Source of the DNA: an uncultured Planctomycetota bacterium
Lineage (GTDB): Bacteria > Planctomycetota > PLA2 > JAEUHO01
Assembly (NCBI GenBank): GCA_963752285.1
Contig: CAVVXN010000005.1
Span: 256,001-320,000 of the forward strand
DNA length: 64,000 bases
Direction: 5' to 3'
The notes below the pieces were generated by a model. It was not told where the DNA came from and searched no databases. It saw only the letters and a list, made by a program, of their open reading frames with translations. Made by a program: the position numbers and the translations under genes. Shown piece after piece: positions 1 to 9,927 of the stretch; the first letter of the stretch is position 1; the number at the start of each line of letters is the position of its first letter.

Positions 1-1636
1 CCGCCTCCTTCCGCCACTCCGCGCTGTAGTTGTTCCCGTTGAACACGACCGGCCGCGCCTGGACGTACGCGTCGCGCACGACCTCGAGGATCGCGCTGTC
101 TCCCGGCTCGCCGGCGGCCAGACGCTTCTGGAGCTGATCGCTCATCTCGTCGAGCGCCTCGGCGACGGCCACGTCGAGGTAGGTCATCGGCATCGCGATC
201 GACTGCGACGATCCGACCGCGCGGAACTCGAACTTGTTGCCCGTGAACGCGAAGGGCGAGGTGCGGTTCCGGTCCGTGTTGTCGCGCTTGACCTGCGGCA
301 GGACGCGGAGGCCCGTCTCGATGACCTCCTCCTTCACGTCCTCGACCGTGCGGCCCTCGGCCAGCGTCTCGAGGATCTCGGACAGCCGGTCTCCGAGGAA
401 CGCCGAGATGATCGCCGGCGGGGCCTCGTTCGCGCCCAGCCGGTGGTCGTTCCCGGAGTGGGCGATCGACGCGCGCAGGAGCGACGCGCGCCGGTGCACG
501 CCCTTCAACACCGCGACGAGGAAGAACAGGAACTCGAGGTTGCGGTGCGGTGTGTCGCCGGGGTCGAGCAGGTTGCGTCCCTGGTCGTCCTGCATCGACC
601 AGTTCGAGTGCTTGCCCGAGCCGTTTACGCCCGCGAAGGGCTTCTCGTGGAACAGGACGGCCATGCCGCGGCGCTTCGCGACACGGCGCATCAGCTCCAT
701 CAGGATCTGGTTCTGGTCCACGGCGACGTGCGCGGGCCCGAAGATCGGCGCCACTTCGTACTGGTGGGGGGCCACCTCGTTGTGGCGGGTCTTGAGCGGG
801 ATCCCGAGCGACCACGCCTCGGCCTCGAACTCGGCCATGAACTCGAGCGCGGTCTGGTCGATCGCCCCGAAGTAGTGGTCCTCGAGCTGCTGACCCTTGG
901 GCGGCGACGCTCCGATCACGGTGCGGCCCGTGACCTGGAGGTCCGGCCGGCCGTCGTAGTACGAGCGGCGAACGAGGAAGTACTCCTGTTCCGCGCCGAG
1001 CGTGGCGATGACCTGCCGCGACTCGCTCCCGAGCAGCCCGAGGGCCCGGACCGCCGACCGCGAGAGCCGCTCGAGCGAGCGGAGGAGCGGCGTCTTCTTG
1101 TCGAGCGCCTCTCCCGTGTACGACACGAACACGGAGGGGATCGTGAGGGTCGCGCCCCCCTCGTGGAAGACGAGGAACGCCGGCGAGGTCGGGTCCCACG
1201 CCGTGTACCCGCGGGCCTCGAAGGTCGAACGCATGCCCCCGCTCGGGAAGGACGACGCGTCGGGCTCGGCCTGGATGAGCTGGGCGCCGGTGAACGCCTC
1301 CAGCGGCGCGCCCTCGCCGAGGGTGAGGAAGGCGTCGTGCTTCTCGGCCGTCGCGCCGGTCAGGGGCTGGAACCAGTGCGTGAAGTGCGTCGCGCCGTGC
1401 TCGAGCGCCCAGTCCTTCATGGCGCCGGCGACGGCGTCGGCCAGGGTCGTGTCGAGGGCCTCTCCCCTCCGGATCGTGGCCTGCAGGGCCTCGAAGACGG
1501 GGCGGGGCAGACGCCGCTTCATGGTCGCGAGGTCGAAGGTGTGGCGTCCGAACCGGCTGGAGGCCGGACCGGAGCTCTCCGGCGCGGGCAGGGCGGAAGG
1601 CGGGGTCGCGGGACGGGACATCGTGGTCTCGGGCAT
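1..1636 (-). CDS. glnA: Glutamine synthetase type III (C-terminus runs off the left edge; absent from the ORF track)
   Basis: Manual minus-strand translation from ATG 1636: ...AVAGAMKDWALEHGATHFTHWFQPLTGATAEKHDAFL...EPDASSFPSGGMRSTFEARGYTAWDP...GAEQEYF...HNEVAPHQYE...HEKPFAGVNGSGKHSNWS...DRNRTSPFAFTGNKFEFRAVG, all GSIII hallmark motifs. Confidence 0.95.
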   Translation of the reverse strand, partial: MPETTMSRPATPPSALPAPESSGPASSRFGRHTFDLATMKRRLPRPVFEALQATIRRGEALDTTLADAVAGAMKDWALEHGATHFTHWFQPLTGATAEKHDAFLTLGEGAPLEAFTGAQLIQAEPDASSFPSGGMRSTFEARGYTAWDPTSPAFLVFHEGGATLTIPSVFVSYTGEALDKKTPLLRSLERLSRSAVRALGLLGSESRQVIATLGAEQEYFLVRRSYYDGRPDLQVTGRTVIGASPPKGQQLEDHYFGAIDQTALEFMAEFEAEAWSLGIPLKTRHNEVAPHQYEVAPIFGPAHVAVDQNQILMELMRRVAKRRGMAVLFHEKPFAGVNGSGKHSNWSMQDDQGRNLLDPGDTPHRNLEFLFFLVAVLKGVHRRASLLRASIAHSGNDHRLGANEAPPAIISAFLGDRLSEILETLAEGRTVEDVKEEVIETGLRVLPQVKRDNTDRNRTSPFAFTGNKFEFRAVGSSQSIAMPMTYLDVAVAEALDEMSDQLQKRLAAGEPGDSAILEVVRDAYVQARPVVFNGNNYSAEWRKEA

Positions 1637-1703
1637 ATGGGGAACCTCCCTGGAACGCGGCCGATTCTCGGACGCGTCGAGGCCCGTTCCCCCCCGAATC
1701 CCG

Positions 1704-3029
1704 CTAATGGGCGGATGAGCCGCCGTAGAGGTAGAGCGCCCGCTCGGCCTGCAGGAGGGGGCTGTAGGGCAACGGGTCCTTGAAGCCCGGATCCTGGCGC
1801 GGCTCGATCGAGCCGAGCGTGTCCTTGAGGTAGGTGACGAGACGGTCCGCGCTGCCCGCCTCGCCCCAGCGGAGCCCGACGGCGTCGCGCAGCACGCGTT
1901 CCTCGGCCGAGACGTCGGGCGCCGCGAGGTCCTCGACCAGCTTCGCGACGGGGCCGTCCTGGGGGGGCGCCGGTCCGACCAGGCAGAGCTGGATCGCCAG
2001 CCGCGGCCGGGCCGAGAGGGGGCCGCCGCGCGCGCCCTTCTTCCACCACGTCTCGATGCGGGAGAACGCCTCGGAGTCGCCGCGGCGGTAGCGGTGGACC
2101 ACGGCGTCGAGGTACCAGAGGAGGAGCATGTCCACGGGGCGCTCGAACGGGATCTGCGGGAGGACCCGCGCCTCCGCCGCCCAGCGCCCGCCGGCGACGA
2201 GTCCGATCGAGGCCATCGCCGCGTCCGCCCGGTCGTTCGGCGCGGAGCTCTTCGCGAGCTCGTTCACCACCCCCTCGAGCGCGTCGAGCGCGCCGGCGTC
2301 CTCGGAGCGGCCGAGCGCCAGGCAGGAGATCGCCCAGTCGGGGCGGCGCTTCTGCCTCGCGTCGCTCTCCACCTCCTCCTTCAGCCGCCCCAGGTCCGCG
2401 TCCCGTTCGGGGTACGGGTCGGGGCCCATCTGGAGGCGCGCGGCCGCGAGGTCGGCTTCGAGGTCCTGCTTCGCGCGGAGCTCGTCGAGCATGCGGCGCT
2501 GGAGCGCTTGGGAGCCGAAGAACCAGGTCGTGAAGTAGAGGGACGCCCACCGAGGCAGGGGATTGTCGCCCGAGAGGGTGTCGAACCGCTCGAGCGCCTG
2601 GGGGTCGCCGCCGTCCGCGAGCACCGACGTGACGACGTCCGAGATCGGAGGCTGGGGGCGTTCCATGTGCACCGGGTCGTCGAAAGCGACGTCGAGGAGC
2701 AGGAGCCTCCCGAGACGCCGCGTGGCGTCGGGCAGGTCCCGCCGGAGCCCGGGGTCGCGCCAGACCGTGTCGATGGCCGGGCCGGCCAGGTGGGAGTGGA
2801 GGAGCAGCCGGGCCGCGTACCAACGGTCCTCCGCACGGTCGCCGTAGCGACCGAGATAGTCCTCGACGCTCGCCACGAACTGCTGCACCCCCTCGGGGTT
2901 GCCGAAGGCAGAGCCGGCGAGACGCTCCAGGTTCTTCCGGTCGGCGTCGCGCCGGGGATCGCCCTGGACGCGCCAGACGACGAACCCGAGGACGAGGAGG
3001 ACGAGGAGCGGCGGCAACCATCGCTTCAT
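1704..3029 (-). CDS. Hypothetical membrane-anchored helical-repeat protein
   Basis: 441-aa ORF, N-terminal hydrophobic segment MKRWLPPLLVLLVLGFVVW, protein-like composition. Confidence 0.7.
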   Translation of the reverse strand: MKRWLPPLLVLLVLGFVVWRVQGDPRRDADRKNLERLAGSAFGNPEGVQQFVASVEDYLGRYGDRAEDRWYAARLLLHSHLAGPAIDTVWRDPGLRRDLPDATRRLGRLLLLDVAFDDPVHMERPQPPISDVVTSVLADGGDPQALERFDTLSGDNPLPRWASLYFTTWFFGSQALQRRMLDELRAKQDLEADLAAARLQMGPDPYPERDADLGRLKEEVESDARQKRRPDWAISCLALGRSEDAGALDALEGVVNELAKSSAPNDRADAAMASIGLVAGGRWAAEARVLPQIPFERPVDMLLLWYLDAVVHRYRRGDSEAFSRIETWWKKGARGGPLSARPRLAIQLCLVGPAPPQDGPVAKLVEDLAAPDVSAEERVLRDAVGLRWGEAGSADRLVTYLKDTLGSIEPRQDPGFKDPLPYSPLLQAERALYLYGGSSAH

Positions 3030-3223
3030 GGGTGGGCCCGGGCGGGTCGCTCGACGTCTGGCCCCCCGCGGGACCCGGTCGCGGGGGAACCGCAGGTCGG
3101 AGGCGCGTGCGGGCCGCCGCCAGCCCGGGAGCCGTCTCCCGTGCGGCCGTCCCGCATGACCTCGGGTGCGAAGGAGCCTACCATGGGCGCGGCGGGCCCT
3201 CCCCCGCCCGGAGGGAGTCTTCG

Positions 3224-3616
3224 ATGCGCTGGATCCCCGTTCTGCTCCTGGTCGCGTTGGGCGGCGTGTTCGCGGCGAGCCGCGCCCGCGGTGACGACGC
3301 CAGCTCCACGGAACCCGCCGTGCTCAAGCAGCGGTTGGACGCTCTCGACTTCGAGGTGTCCTACCTGCTCGCACGCGAGCGGGCGCTCACGGACTACGTG
3401 ACGAAGAACCAGGACCGCGCACGGGCGCTCGAGCGCGGGATCGCCCAGGTGCGCGCCCAGGGCTTCACCGGCGGCGCGATCTCGTCCACGTCCCGGGAGA
3501 CCCTCCTGGCGACGTTCGAGGCCGTGGCGCGGGACCTCCAGAAGGAGGTGCCCGTCATGACGGCGGAGCAGGGCCGCGCGCTGGAGCAGATCCAGCGGTT
3601 GCAGAAGAAGCACTGA
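3224..3616 (+). CDS. Hypothetical secreted protein
   Basis: GGAG upstream of ATG 3224; signal peptide MRWIPVLLLVALGGVFAASRARG; coiled-coil-like body. Confidence 0.7.
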   Translation: MRWIPVLLLVALGGVFAASRARGDDASSTEPAVLKQRLDALDFEVSYLLARERALTDYVTKNQDRARALERGIAQVRAQGFTGGAISSTSRETLLATFEAVARDLQKEVPVMTAEQGRALEQIQRLQKKH

Positions 3617-4895
3617 GCTTCCTCAGGAGCCGCGCCCGCCGGTGCCGGAACGCGTCCGCTGCGGGCGAGCCCGGCGCGGCGCGCGCGAGGGCGCGATCGG
3701 TCCAGGTGAGCGCCGTCACGAGGTCGTGGCGCCGGTGCTCGTGGATCTTCGCGACCTGCTCGTAGGCCTCCGACTCGAAGGTCGCGCCCGCGGACGCCAG
3801 CAGGTCGAAGTGTTGGAGCGCGTCGTCCCAGCGGCCCTCGCGCCGGCACGCGTGACCGAGGGCCCTCAGCACCACGCGGCGCTCGCGCGGGCTCGCCACC
3901 TCGAGAGCCCGTTCCAGGCAGCCGCCGACATCGTCGCGGCGTCCGATCTCCTCGAGGAGCCGCGCCGTGGCGAGGAGGTCCTTCGTGGTGGCGGACGTGC
4001 GCTCCCAGGGCGCCGCGATCGTCTCCCCGGCCAGGGCCATCAGCGCCACCATGCTCACGACGTCGGTCTCGTTGTGGGCGAAGGCGCGCGCGACCTCGTG
4101 GGGCGGGCCGCCGCGCACGTACGCGAAGTAGGCCGCCGGGATCTCGGCGCCGCGCAAGTCGTCCACGCGCGCGTGGCCGAGCAGCGCCGTCTCGAGCGCG
4201 CCGAGCGTGTGCGACGCGACGCTGTCCGCCCAGAGCCGTCGGGCGAGGGGCAGCAGGTCGAGGTGGGCGCGCGCCCGCGTGGAGAGCCGGTTCAGGGCGA
4301 ACCGCGTCGTCAGGAGCGGCCAGTCGAACGCGCGCCCGTTGAACGTCACCAGCGGCCGGTCGCCGAGGTCCTCGTGGAGCGCGAGGAGCAGCGCCGGCTC
4401 CTCGGGGTAGTCGCGCATGCAGTACTGGCGCACGACGAGCAGGCCGTCCTCGACCGCGCCCGTCCCGACGAGGAACGCGACGGTGCCGGTGCCCCCGGAG
4501 AGCCCCGTCGTCTCGGTGTCGAGGAACACCGCCTCCTCCGCCCGGAGGTGCGTCCGGCCCTCGGGACCCCGCTCGGGGCGTCGGAGCGGGACGGGCACGC
4601 CCCGCGCGCGTGCGAGGGCCACCTCTCCGTGACGTCGGTCGAGCGGCATGCGTCGCTCGACGTAGAGGAACGGGCCCGCGGCGGTCGCCCGCTCCGCGCC
4701 GCCGACGAGCTCGGCGAGAGCGGGTCCCGACCGGGCGCGTCCCGGGTCGGCGCGGCCAGCGCGCTCGGTCCCGAGGTCCGCGAGACGCCGCAGCAGGTCG
4801 CCGCCTCGTGGCGGCGCGGCGGGGCCGGGCGTGGGGGCGGCGGGGGCCTCGCCCTCGAGGAGCATGCGCCGTAGGCGGTCGGGCGGCGTCGCCAC
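3555..4895 (-). CDS. RNase H-like (DEDD) exonuclease with TPRs, YprB/MrfB-like
   Basis: FLDTETTGLSGGTGTVAFLVG, LVTFNGRAFDWP, HLDLL, HNETDV motifs, C-terminal TPR-like helices; directly downstream of the MrfA-like helicase. Confidence 0.88.
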   Translation of the reverse strand: MATPPDRLRRMLLEGEAPAAPTPGPAAPPRGGDLLRRLADLGTERAGRADPGRARSGPALAELVGGAERATAAGPFLYVERRMPLDRRHGEVALARARGVPVPLRRPERGPEGRTHLRAEEAVFLDTETTGLSGGTGTVAFLVGTGAVEDGLLVVRQYCMRDYPEEPALLLALHEDLGDRPLVTFNGRAFDWPLLTTRFALNRLSTRARAHLDLLPLARRLWADSVASHTLGALETALLGHARVDDLRGAEIPAAYFAYVRGGPPHEVARAFAHNETDVVSMVALMALAGETIAAPWERTSATTKDLLATARLLEEIGRRDDVGGCLERALEVASPRERRVVLRALGHACRREGRWDDALQHFDLLASAGATFESEAYEQVAKIHEHRRHDLVTALTWTDRALARAAPGSPAADAFRHRRARLLRKLSASSATAGSAPARGPAPPS

Positions 4896-4954
4896 GGGGG
4901 GATTCTACGGAGCCCCGACCCCCGTACCGCGCCGCCGGCCCCCGAGCGAGCGGT

Positions 4955-7375
4955 TCACGGCCCGGTTCGGGTCAGGCGGGCCAGCACGCGGGCGGCCGTC
5001 TCCTTCGCCGCGGGCCCGACCTGGCCGCGCGGTCCGACGCACGAGGGACACCCGTCGGCGCAGGGGCAGGCGGCGAGGCGCTCGGCGGCCCCGGCGAGGA
5101 GCTCGGGCACGCGCAGGTACAGCGCCTCGGAGAGGCCGATCCCGCCCGCGTACTGGTCGTACAGGAAGATCGTCGGGTCGAACCGGTCGAGCTCCGGCGG
5201 CGGCGGCGCGGGATGGCCCGGCCACGCCGGGGTCGAGAACCACGCGCGCGCGCGGTCGCCGATCACGACCCCGAGGTCGCGGCCGTCGCACATGAGGAGC
5301 AGCGCCGCGAGGCCGTGTACGAGGTGCGCGATGCCGTGGAGCGCGTCGAGCGCGTCGCTCGGTCGAACCTCGAGGCTCCGGAGCAGCGCGCCCGGCACGG
5401 TGAACCACACGGCCTGCGTGTGGTACGTGTCCTCGGGGAGCGCGATCTCGCCCCAGCCGAGGTTCTCCTGCGTGTAGAACTTGATCTTCTTGTAGCCCAC
5501 CGCCTTGCGGACGACCTGCACCTCGCCGTACTCGCACGGCACCGGGAGGGGGGCGGGGACGACGTCTTGGGCGCCGAGCACGTCCCGACGGACCTCGGCC
5601 TCGCGCAGCACCTGGAGCACCTTCACCTGCGCGTAGCTCAGCGCGTCGGTGTAGTACTCCGACTCCACGCGGCGCACGAACGCCTTCCGGCGCTCCCAGT
5701 CGAGGCGGTCCACGTGGTACTGCTCCGACTGCACCATGTAGATGGCGCCCTCGTGGATCGTCGTGAAGGCCCACGAGTAGTCCACCTCGGCGATGACCTC
5801 GTTCGCGCTCGTCGTCGTGTCCACGACCACGAAGTTCGAGGAGGTCACGCTGCGGAGGGAGATCTCGTTGGCGGGATACGCGTCCGCGGACCAGTGCCAG
5901 CGCTCGCCGGCGTGGCGCAGCCGCCCGCGCTCCTCGAGGAAGGCGAGGATCTCGGGCACGTCCTCGGCGCCGCTCCCCGCGCCGTACGCCTCGCCGTCCT
6001 CGAGGGGCAGCTCGAACGCCGCGCACTTGAGGTGGCTCGCGAGGATCTGGAGGTTGTCCGGGTTGACCTGGGCGCACTCGGGGGACGCCGAGAGCAGGTA
6101 CTCCGGGTGGTCGGCGAGGTGCTGGTCGAGCGGCGCGGAGCGGAGTACGAGCACCGTGGCGCTCGCCCCCTGCCGGCGCCCGGCGCGTCCGGCCTGCTGC
6201 CGCGTGCTCGCCACGGTGCCCGGGTAGCCGGCGATGACGCAGGCGTCGAGCGACCCGATGTCCACGCCGAGCTCGAGCGCGTTCGTCGAGACGACGCCGA
6301 GGATCGAGCCGTCGCGGAGCCCGCGCTCGATCTCGCGCCGCTCGCGCGGGAGGTAGCCGCCCCGGTAGCCGACGACGCGTGGCCTCGGGTCGATGTGGCT
6401 GCGGAAGGCGTCCTTCAGGTACTTCGTCATGACCTCGGTGGTCGTGCGCGCGCCCGCGAAGACGATGGTGTGGACGCCGGTAGAGAGGAACGCCTTCGCG
6501 GCCTCGCGGGCGACGGCGAGGTACGACGCACGGAGCCCGAGGGCCGGGTTCACGACCGGCGGGTTCAGCACGACGAAGTGCCGCTCGCCGAGAGGGGCGC
6601 CGTTCTCCTCGACGAGCGCGACCGGCCGCTCGAGCAGTCGCTCCGCGAACTCCCGCGCGTTCCCGATGGTGGCGCTCGTCGCCACGAACACGGGATCGGA
6701 GCCGTGGAAGCGGCACACGCGCCGCAGGCGCCGGAGCACGTTCGCCAGGTGGCTCCCGAACACGCCGCGGTACGTGTGGAGCTCGTCCACCACGACCACC
6801 TTCAGGTTCTCGAACACGCGCATCCATCGCGCGTGGTGGGGGAGCACGGCCGTGTGGAGCATGTCCGGGTTCGAGAGGACGACCTGCGCGCGGTCCCGGA
6901 TGACGCGCCGCTCGCCGGGCGGGGTGTCGCCGTCGTAGACGGCTGCGGCGAGGTCTCCCGAGGCCGCGCGCATGAGCTCCTGGAGCTCGGCGGCCTGGTC
7001 CCGGGCCAGGGCCTTGGTCGGGAAGAGATAGAGGGCGCGGCCGCCGGGGTCCCGGAGCAGGCGCTCCAGGACCGGGAGGTTGTAGCAGAGGGTCTTCCCG
7101 CTCGCGGTGGGGGTGACGACGACGGTGTCGCGGCCGGCGGCCACGTGGTCGTACGCCTCGCGCTGGTGGACGTAGAGACGAGAGATGCCGCGGGCCCGGA
7201 GCGCCGGCCCGAGCCGGGGATCGAGGCCGTCGGGCAGCTCGGCCCACCGGGCCTCGCACGCGGGCTCCACCCGGTGGACGACGATCCCCGGTCCGAGGAA
7301 GGGGTCCGCGCGGATGCCCGCGAGCACCGTCCGTACGTCGGCGGGGGCTACGCGACCCGGCGGGACGTTCGGCAC
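4955..7375 (-). CDS. DEAH-box helicase with C-terminal Zn (DUF1998) domain, YprA/MrfA/Hrq1 family
   Basis: TPTASGKT, DELH, SATIGN, STNALELGVDIG, QQAGRAGR, C-terminal CPCADGCPSCVG; start approximate (GTG 7375). Confidence 0.92.
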   Translation of the reverse strand: MPNVPPGRVAPADVRTVLAGIRADPFLGPGIVVHRVEPACEARWAELPDGLDPRLGPALRARGISRLYVHQREAYDHVAAGRDTVVVTPTASGKTLCYNLPVLERLLRDPGGRALYLFPTKALARDQAAELQELMRAASGDLAAAVYDGDTPPGERRVIRDRAQVVLSNPDMLHTAVLPHHARWMRVFENLKVVVVDELHTYRGVFGSHLANVLRRLRRVCRFHGSDPVFVATSATIGNAREFAERLLERPVALVEENGAPLGERHFVVLNPPVVNPALGLRASYLAVAREAAKAFLSTGVHTIVFAGARTTTEVMTKYLKDAFRSHIDPRPRVVGYRGGYLPRERREIERGLRDGSILGVVSTNALELGVDIGSLDACVIAGYPGTVASTRQQAGRAGRRQGASATVLVLRSAPLDQHLADHPEYLLSASPECAQVNPDNLQILASHLKCAAFELPLEDGEAYGAGSGAEDVPEILAFLEERGRLRHAGERWHWSADAYPANEISLRSVTSSNFVVVDTTTSANEVIAEVDYSWAFTTIHEGAIYMVQSEQYHVDRLDWERRKAFVRRVESEYYTDALSYAQVKVLQVLREAEVRRDVLGAQDVVPAPLPVPCEYGEVQVVRKAVGYKKIKFYTQENLGWGEIALPEDTYHTQAVWFTVPGALLRSLEVRPSDALDALHGIAHLVHGLAALLLMCDGRDLGVVIGDRARAWFSTPAWPGHPAPPPPELDRFDPTIFLYDQYAGGIGLSEALYLRVPELLAGAAERLAACPCADGCPSCVGPRGQVGPAAKETAARVLARLTRTGP

Positions 7376-7508
7376 GAGGGGCCTCCGAAGAGCGCCTCCG
7401 ACGGCCGATCGCGGTTGCGGCGCGCCGAGGTGCACGGAGGATACGGGCGCCCGGGGACGGACCGGCGCCCCCGGGATCGTGGTATGCCTCCCGCGTCTGG
7501 AGTGCCCG

Positions 7509-8333
7509 GTGAAACACGCGGCTCGCAGAACGAACGGCCCGGTCCGCCTGACGGCCACGGAGGTCGAGCAGATGCGCGAGGCCGGCCGCCTGGCGGCCCG
7601 GATCCTCGACGAGGTGGCGGGGATGATCGAGCCCGGCGTCTCCACCGAGGAGATCAACCGGGTCGTGGACGCGCGCACGCGGGAGGCGGGCGCAGTCAGC
7701 GCCCCGTACGGCTACCCCGCGGGGAGCCCCCACCCGTTCCCCAAGCACTGCTGCATTTCCTTGAACGACGTGGTCTGCCACGGGATCCCCGACCCCCGGA
7801 CCCTCCTCGCCGAGGGGGACATCGTCAACGTGGACGTGACGCCTCGTCTCGCCGGCTTCCACGGGGACACCAGCCGGACCTTCCTGGTCGGGCGGGTGGA
7901 CCCGGAGGCCCGTCGCCTCGTCGAGGACACGTTCGAGGCGATGCGCCGCGGCATCGCGGTCGTCCGGCCGGGCGCCACGGTCGGCGACATCGGCCACGCC
8001 ATCCAGCGATTCGCCGAGCGGCGGGGATACTCCGTGGTCCGCCAGTTCGCGGGACACGGCATCGGGCGGATCTTCCACGGGCAGCCGACGATCTCGCACA
8101 CCGGCCGACCGGGCGAGGGCCTCGTGCTGCTCCCGGGCATGACCTTCACCATCGAGCCGATGGTGAACGTGGGCGACTGGCGCTGCGCGATCCTGCCGGA
8201 CCACTGGACCGCGGTGACGGTGGACGGGTCCCTCTCGGCGCAGTTCGAGCACACCTTGACGGTGACCGAGGACGGCGTGGACGTCCTGACCCTGGGCGAG
8301 AACGAGACCCTGGACCTCACGGTCGAGGACTGA
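7509..8333 (+). CDS. map: Methionine aminopeptidase type I
   Basis: CISLNDVVCHGIP, GDIVNVDVT, GFHGDTSRT, GHGIG, FTIEPMVN, SAQFEHT; GGAG before GTG 7509. Confidence 0.95.
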   Translation: MKHAARRTNGPVRLTATEVEQMREAGRLAARILDEVAGMIEPGVSTEEINRVVDARTREAGAVSAPYGYPAGSPHPFPKHCCISLNDVVCHGIPDPRTLLAEGDIVNVDVTPRLAGFHGDTSRTFLVGRVDPEARRLVEDTFEAMRRGIAVVRPGATVGDIGHAIQRFAERRGYSVVRQFAGHGIGRIFHGQPTISHTGRPGEGLVLLPGMTFTIEPMVNVGDWRCAILPDHWTAVTVDGSLSAQFEHTLTVTEDGVDVLTLGENETLDLTVED

Positions 8334-8344
8334 CGGCGTAGGTT

Positions 8345-8388
8345 GTACGGAGGCGGGGCAATTTCCGCCGCTCTGCTCGCCTCCGTAC
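8345..8388. other. Intergenic inverted repeat (possible terminator or RNA stem)
   Basis: GTACGGAGGCG (8345-8355) pairs with CGCCTCCGTAC (8378-8388) between map and lysS; no U-tract. Confidence 0.4.
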
Positions 8389-8427
8389 CTCGTACGAAGT
8401 AGACTCCCGCGCCTCGGGAGGCGAACG

Positions 8428-9927
8428 ATGCTCGAGGACCTGCGGCGCACGCGCATCGACAAGGTCGAGGCGCTTCGGAGCGAGGGGATCGCCCCGTACG
8501 CCGAGCGCTACCCGATCACGCACCGACTCGACAGGGCCCGCGCGCTCGTCGAGTCGGGGGACGCTCCCGACGCGGCCGTCCGCGTCGCGGGCCGCGTCGT
8601 CCTCGTCCGGTCGTTCGGGAAGCTCGTCTTCTTCCACCTCCTCGACGGCACGGGACGCCTCCAGATGGCGCTCGACGCCCGCACGGTCGGCGCCGAGACG
8701 ATGGACCGCTTCGCGCGCCTCGTGGACCTCGGCGACCACGTCGGGGTCGAGGGCACGCTCGGTCGGACGAAGAAGGGCGAGCCGACCGTCTTCGCGAGCG
8801 CCTGGACGTTCCTCTCGAAGGCGCTCCGGCCCCTCCCCGAGAAGTGGCACGGCCTCTCCGACGTCGAGGCGCGCCAGCGCGACCGGGTGCTCGACCTCGT
8901 CACGAACCCGGAGACCCGCGAGCGCTTCCGCCTGCGCGCGCGCGTGCTCCGCGCGCTCCGCGCCTGGCTCGACGACAACGGGTTCGAGGAGGTCGAGACG
9001 CCCGTCCTGCAGACGAAGGTGTCGGGCGCCCTCGCCCGTCCCTTCCTCACCCACCACAACGCCCTCGACCTCGACCTCGTGCTGCGCATCGCGCCCGAGA
9101 CGTGGCTCAAGCAGTGCGTGGCCGGGGGCATCGACCGGGTCTACGAGGTCGCGCGGTGCTTCCGGAACGAGGGTATGGACCCCTCGCACCTGCAGGACTT
9201 CACGATGGTGGAGTGGTACGCGGCGTACTGGAACTACGTGGACAACATGGACTTCACCGAGCGTCTCGTCCTCCATCTGCTGGACGAGGTGGTCGGCGCG
9301 CGCCGGCTCCGCCACGGGGAGCACGAGATCGACTTCACGCCGCCCTGGCCGCGCCGGAGCATGCACGACCTCGTGCTCGAGGACTCGGGGATCGACTACG
9401 ACCGGTATCCCGACGCCCCGTCGCTCCTGGCGGCGATCCGTGCGCAGGGGATCGTGCTGGAACATCCGGAGCTCCTGCGCCTCGGCCGCGGGTCCCTGAT
9501 CGACCTGCTCTACAAGAAGGTCTCCCGGCCGAAGCTCGTGAACCCGACGTTCCTCGTCGGGCACCCGATCGACCTGTCGCCCCTCGCGCGCCGGAACGAC
9601 TCGGACCCCACGAAGGTCGATCGCTACCAGCTCCTCGTCCGGGGCTGGGAGATCGTGAACGCCTACAGCGAGCTCGTAGACCCGCTCGACCAGCGCGCGC
9701 GCTTCGAGGCGCAGGCGGCGGCCCGCGCGGCCGGCGACGACGAGGCCCTGGAGGTGGACGAGGACTACCTCCGCGCGATGGAGCAGGGGATGCCCCCGAT
9801 GAGCGGCTGGGGGATGGGCATCGACCGGTTCGTGTCGCTCCTGACGAACCAGGACACGCTCCGCGAGACCGTGCTCTTCCCGCTCCTGAAGCCGATCGCC
9901 GAGACGGAGCCGGAGCCGCTCCCTTGA
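8428..9927 (+). CDS. lysS: Lysine--tRNA ligase (class II)
   Basis: OB-fold N-terminus, LPEKWHGL, EVETPVL, ARPFLTHHNAL, LRIAPE, FRNEG, EIVNAYSELVDP, GMPPMSGWGMGIDR. Confidence 0.97.
   Translation: MLEDLRRTRIDKVEALRSEGIAPYAERYPITHRLDRARALVESGDAPDAAVRVAGRVVLVRSFGKLVFFHLLDGTGRLQMALDARTVGAETMDRFARLVDLGDHVGVEGTLGRTKKGEPTVFASAWTFLSKALRPLPEKWHGLSDVEARQRDRVLDLVTNPETRERFRLRARVLRALRAWLDDNGFEEVETPVLQTKVSGALARPFLTHHNALDLDLVLRIAPETWLKQCVAGGIDRVYEVARCFRNEGMDPSHLQDFTMVEWYAAYWNYVDNMDFTERLVLHLLDEVVGARRLRHGEHEIDFTPPWPRRSMHDLVLEDSGIDYDRYPDAPSLLAAIRAQGIVLEHPELLRLGRGSLIDLLYKKVSRPKLVNPTFLVGHPIDLSPLARRNDSDPTKVDRYQLLVRGWEIVNAYSELVDPLDQRARFEAQAAARAAGDDEALEVDEDYLRAMEQGMPPMSGWGMGIDRFVSLLTNQDTLRETVLFPLLKPIAETEPEPLP

Noticed and set aside
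3555..7375. Helicase plus nuclease pair as a novel defence system
   Set aside because: Matches the known YprA/YprB (MrfAB-like) DNA-repair pair in a core-genome context with typical codon usage.
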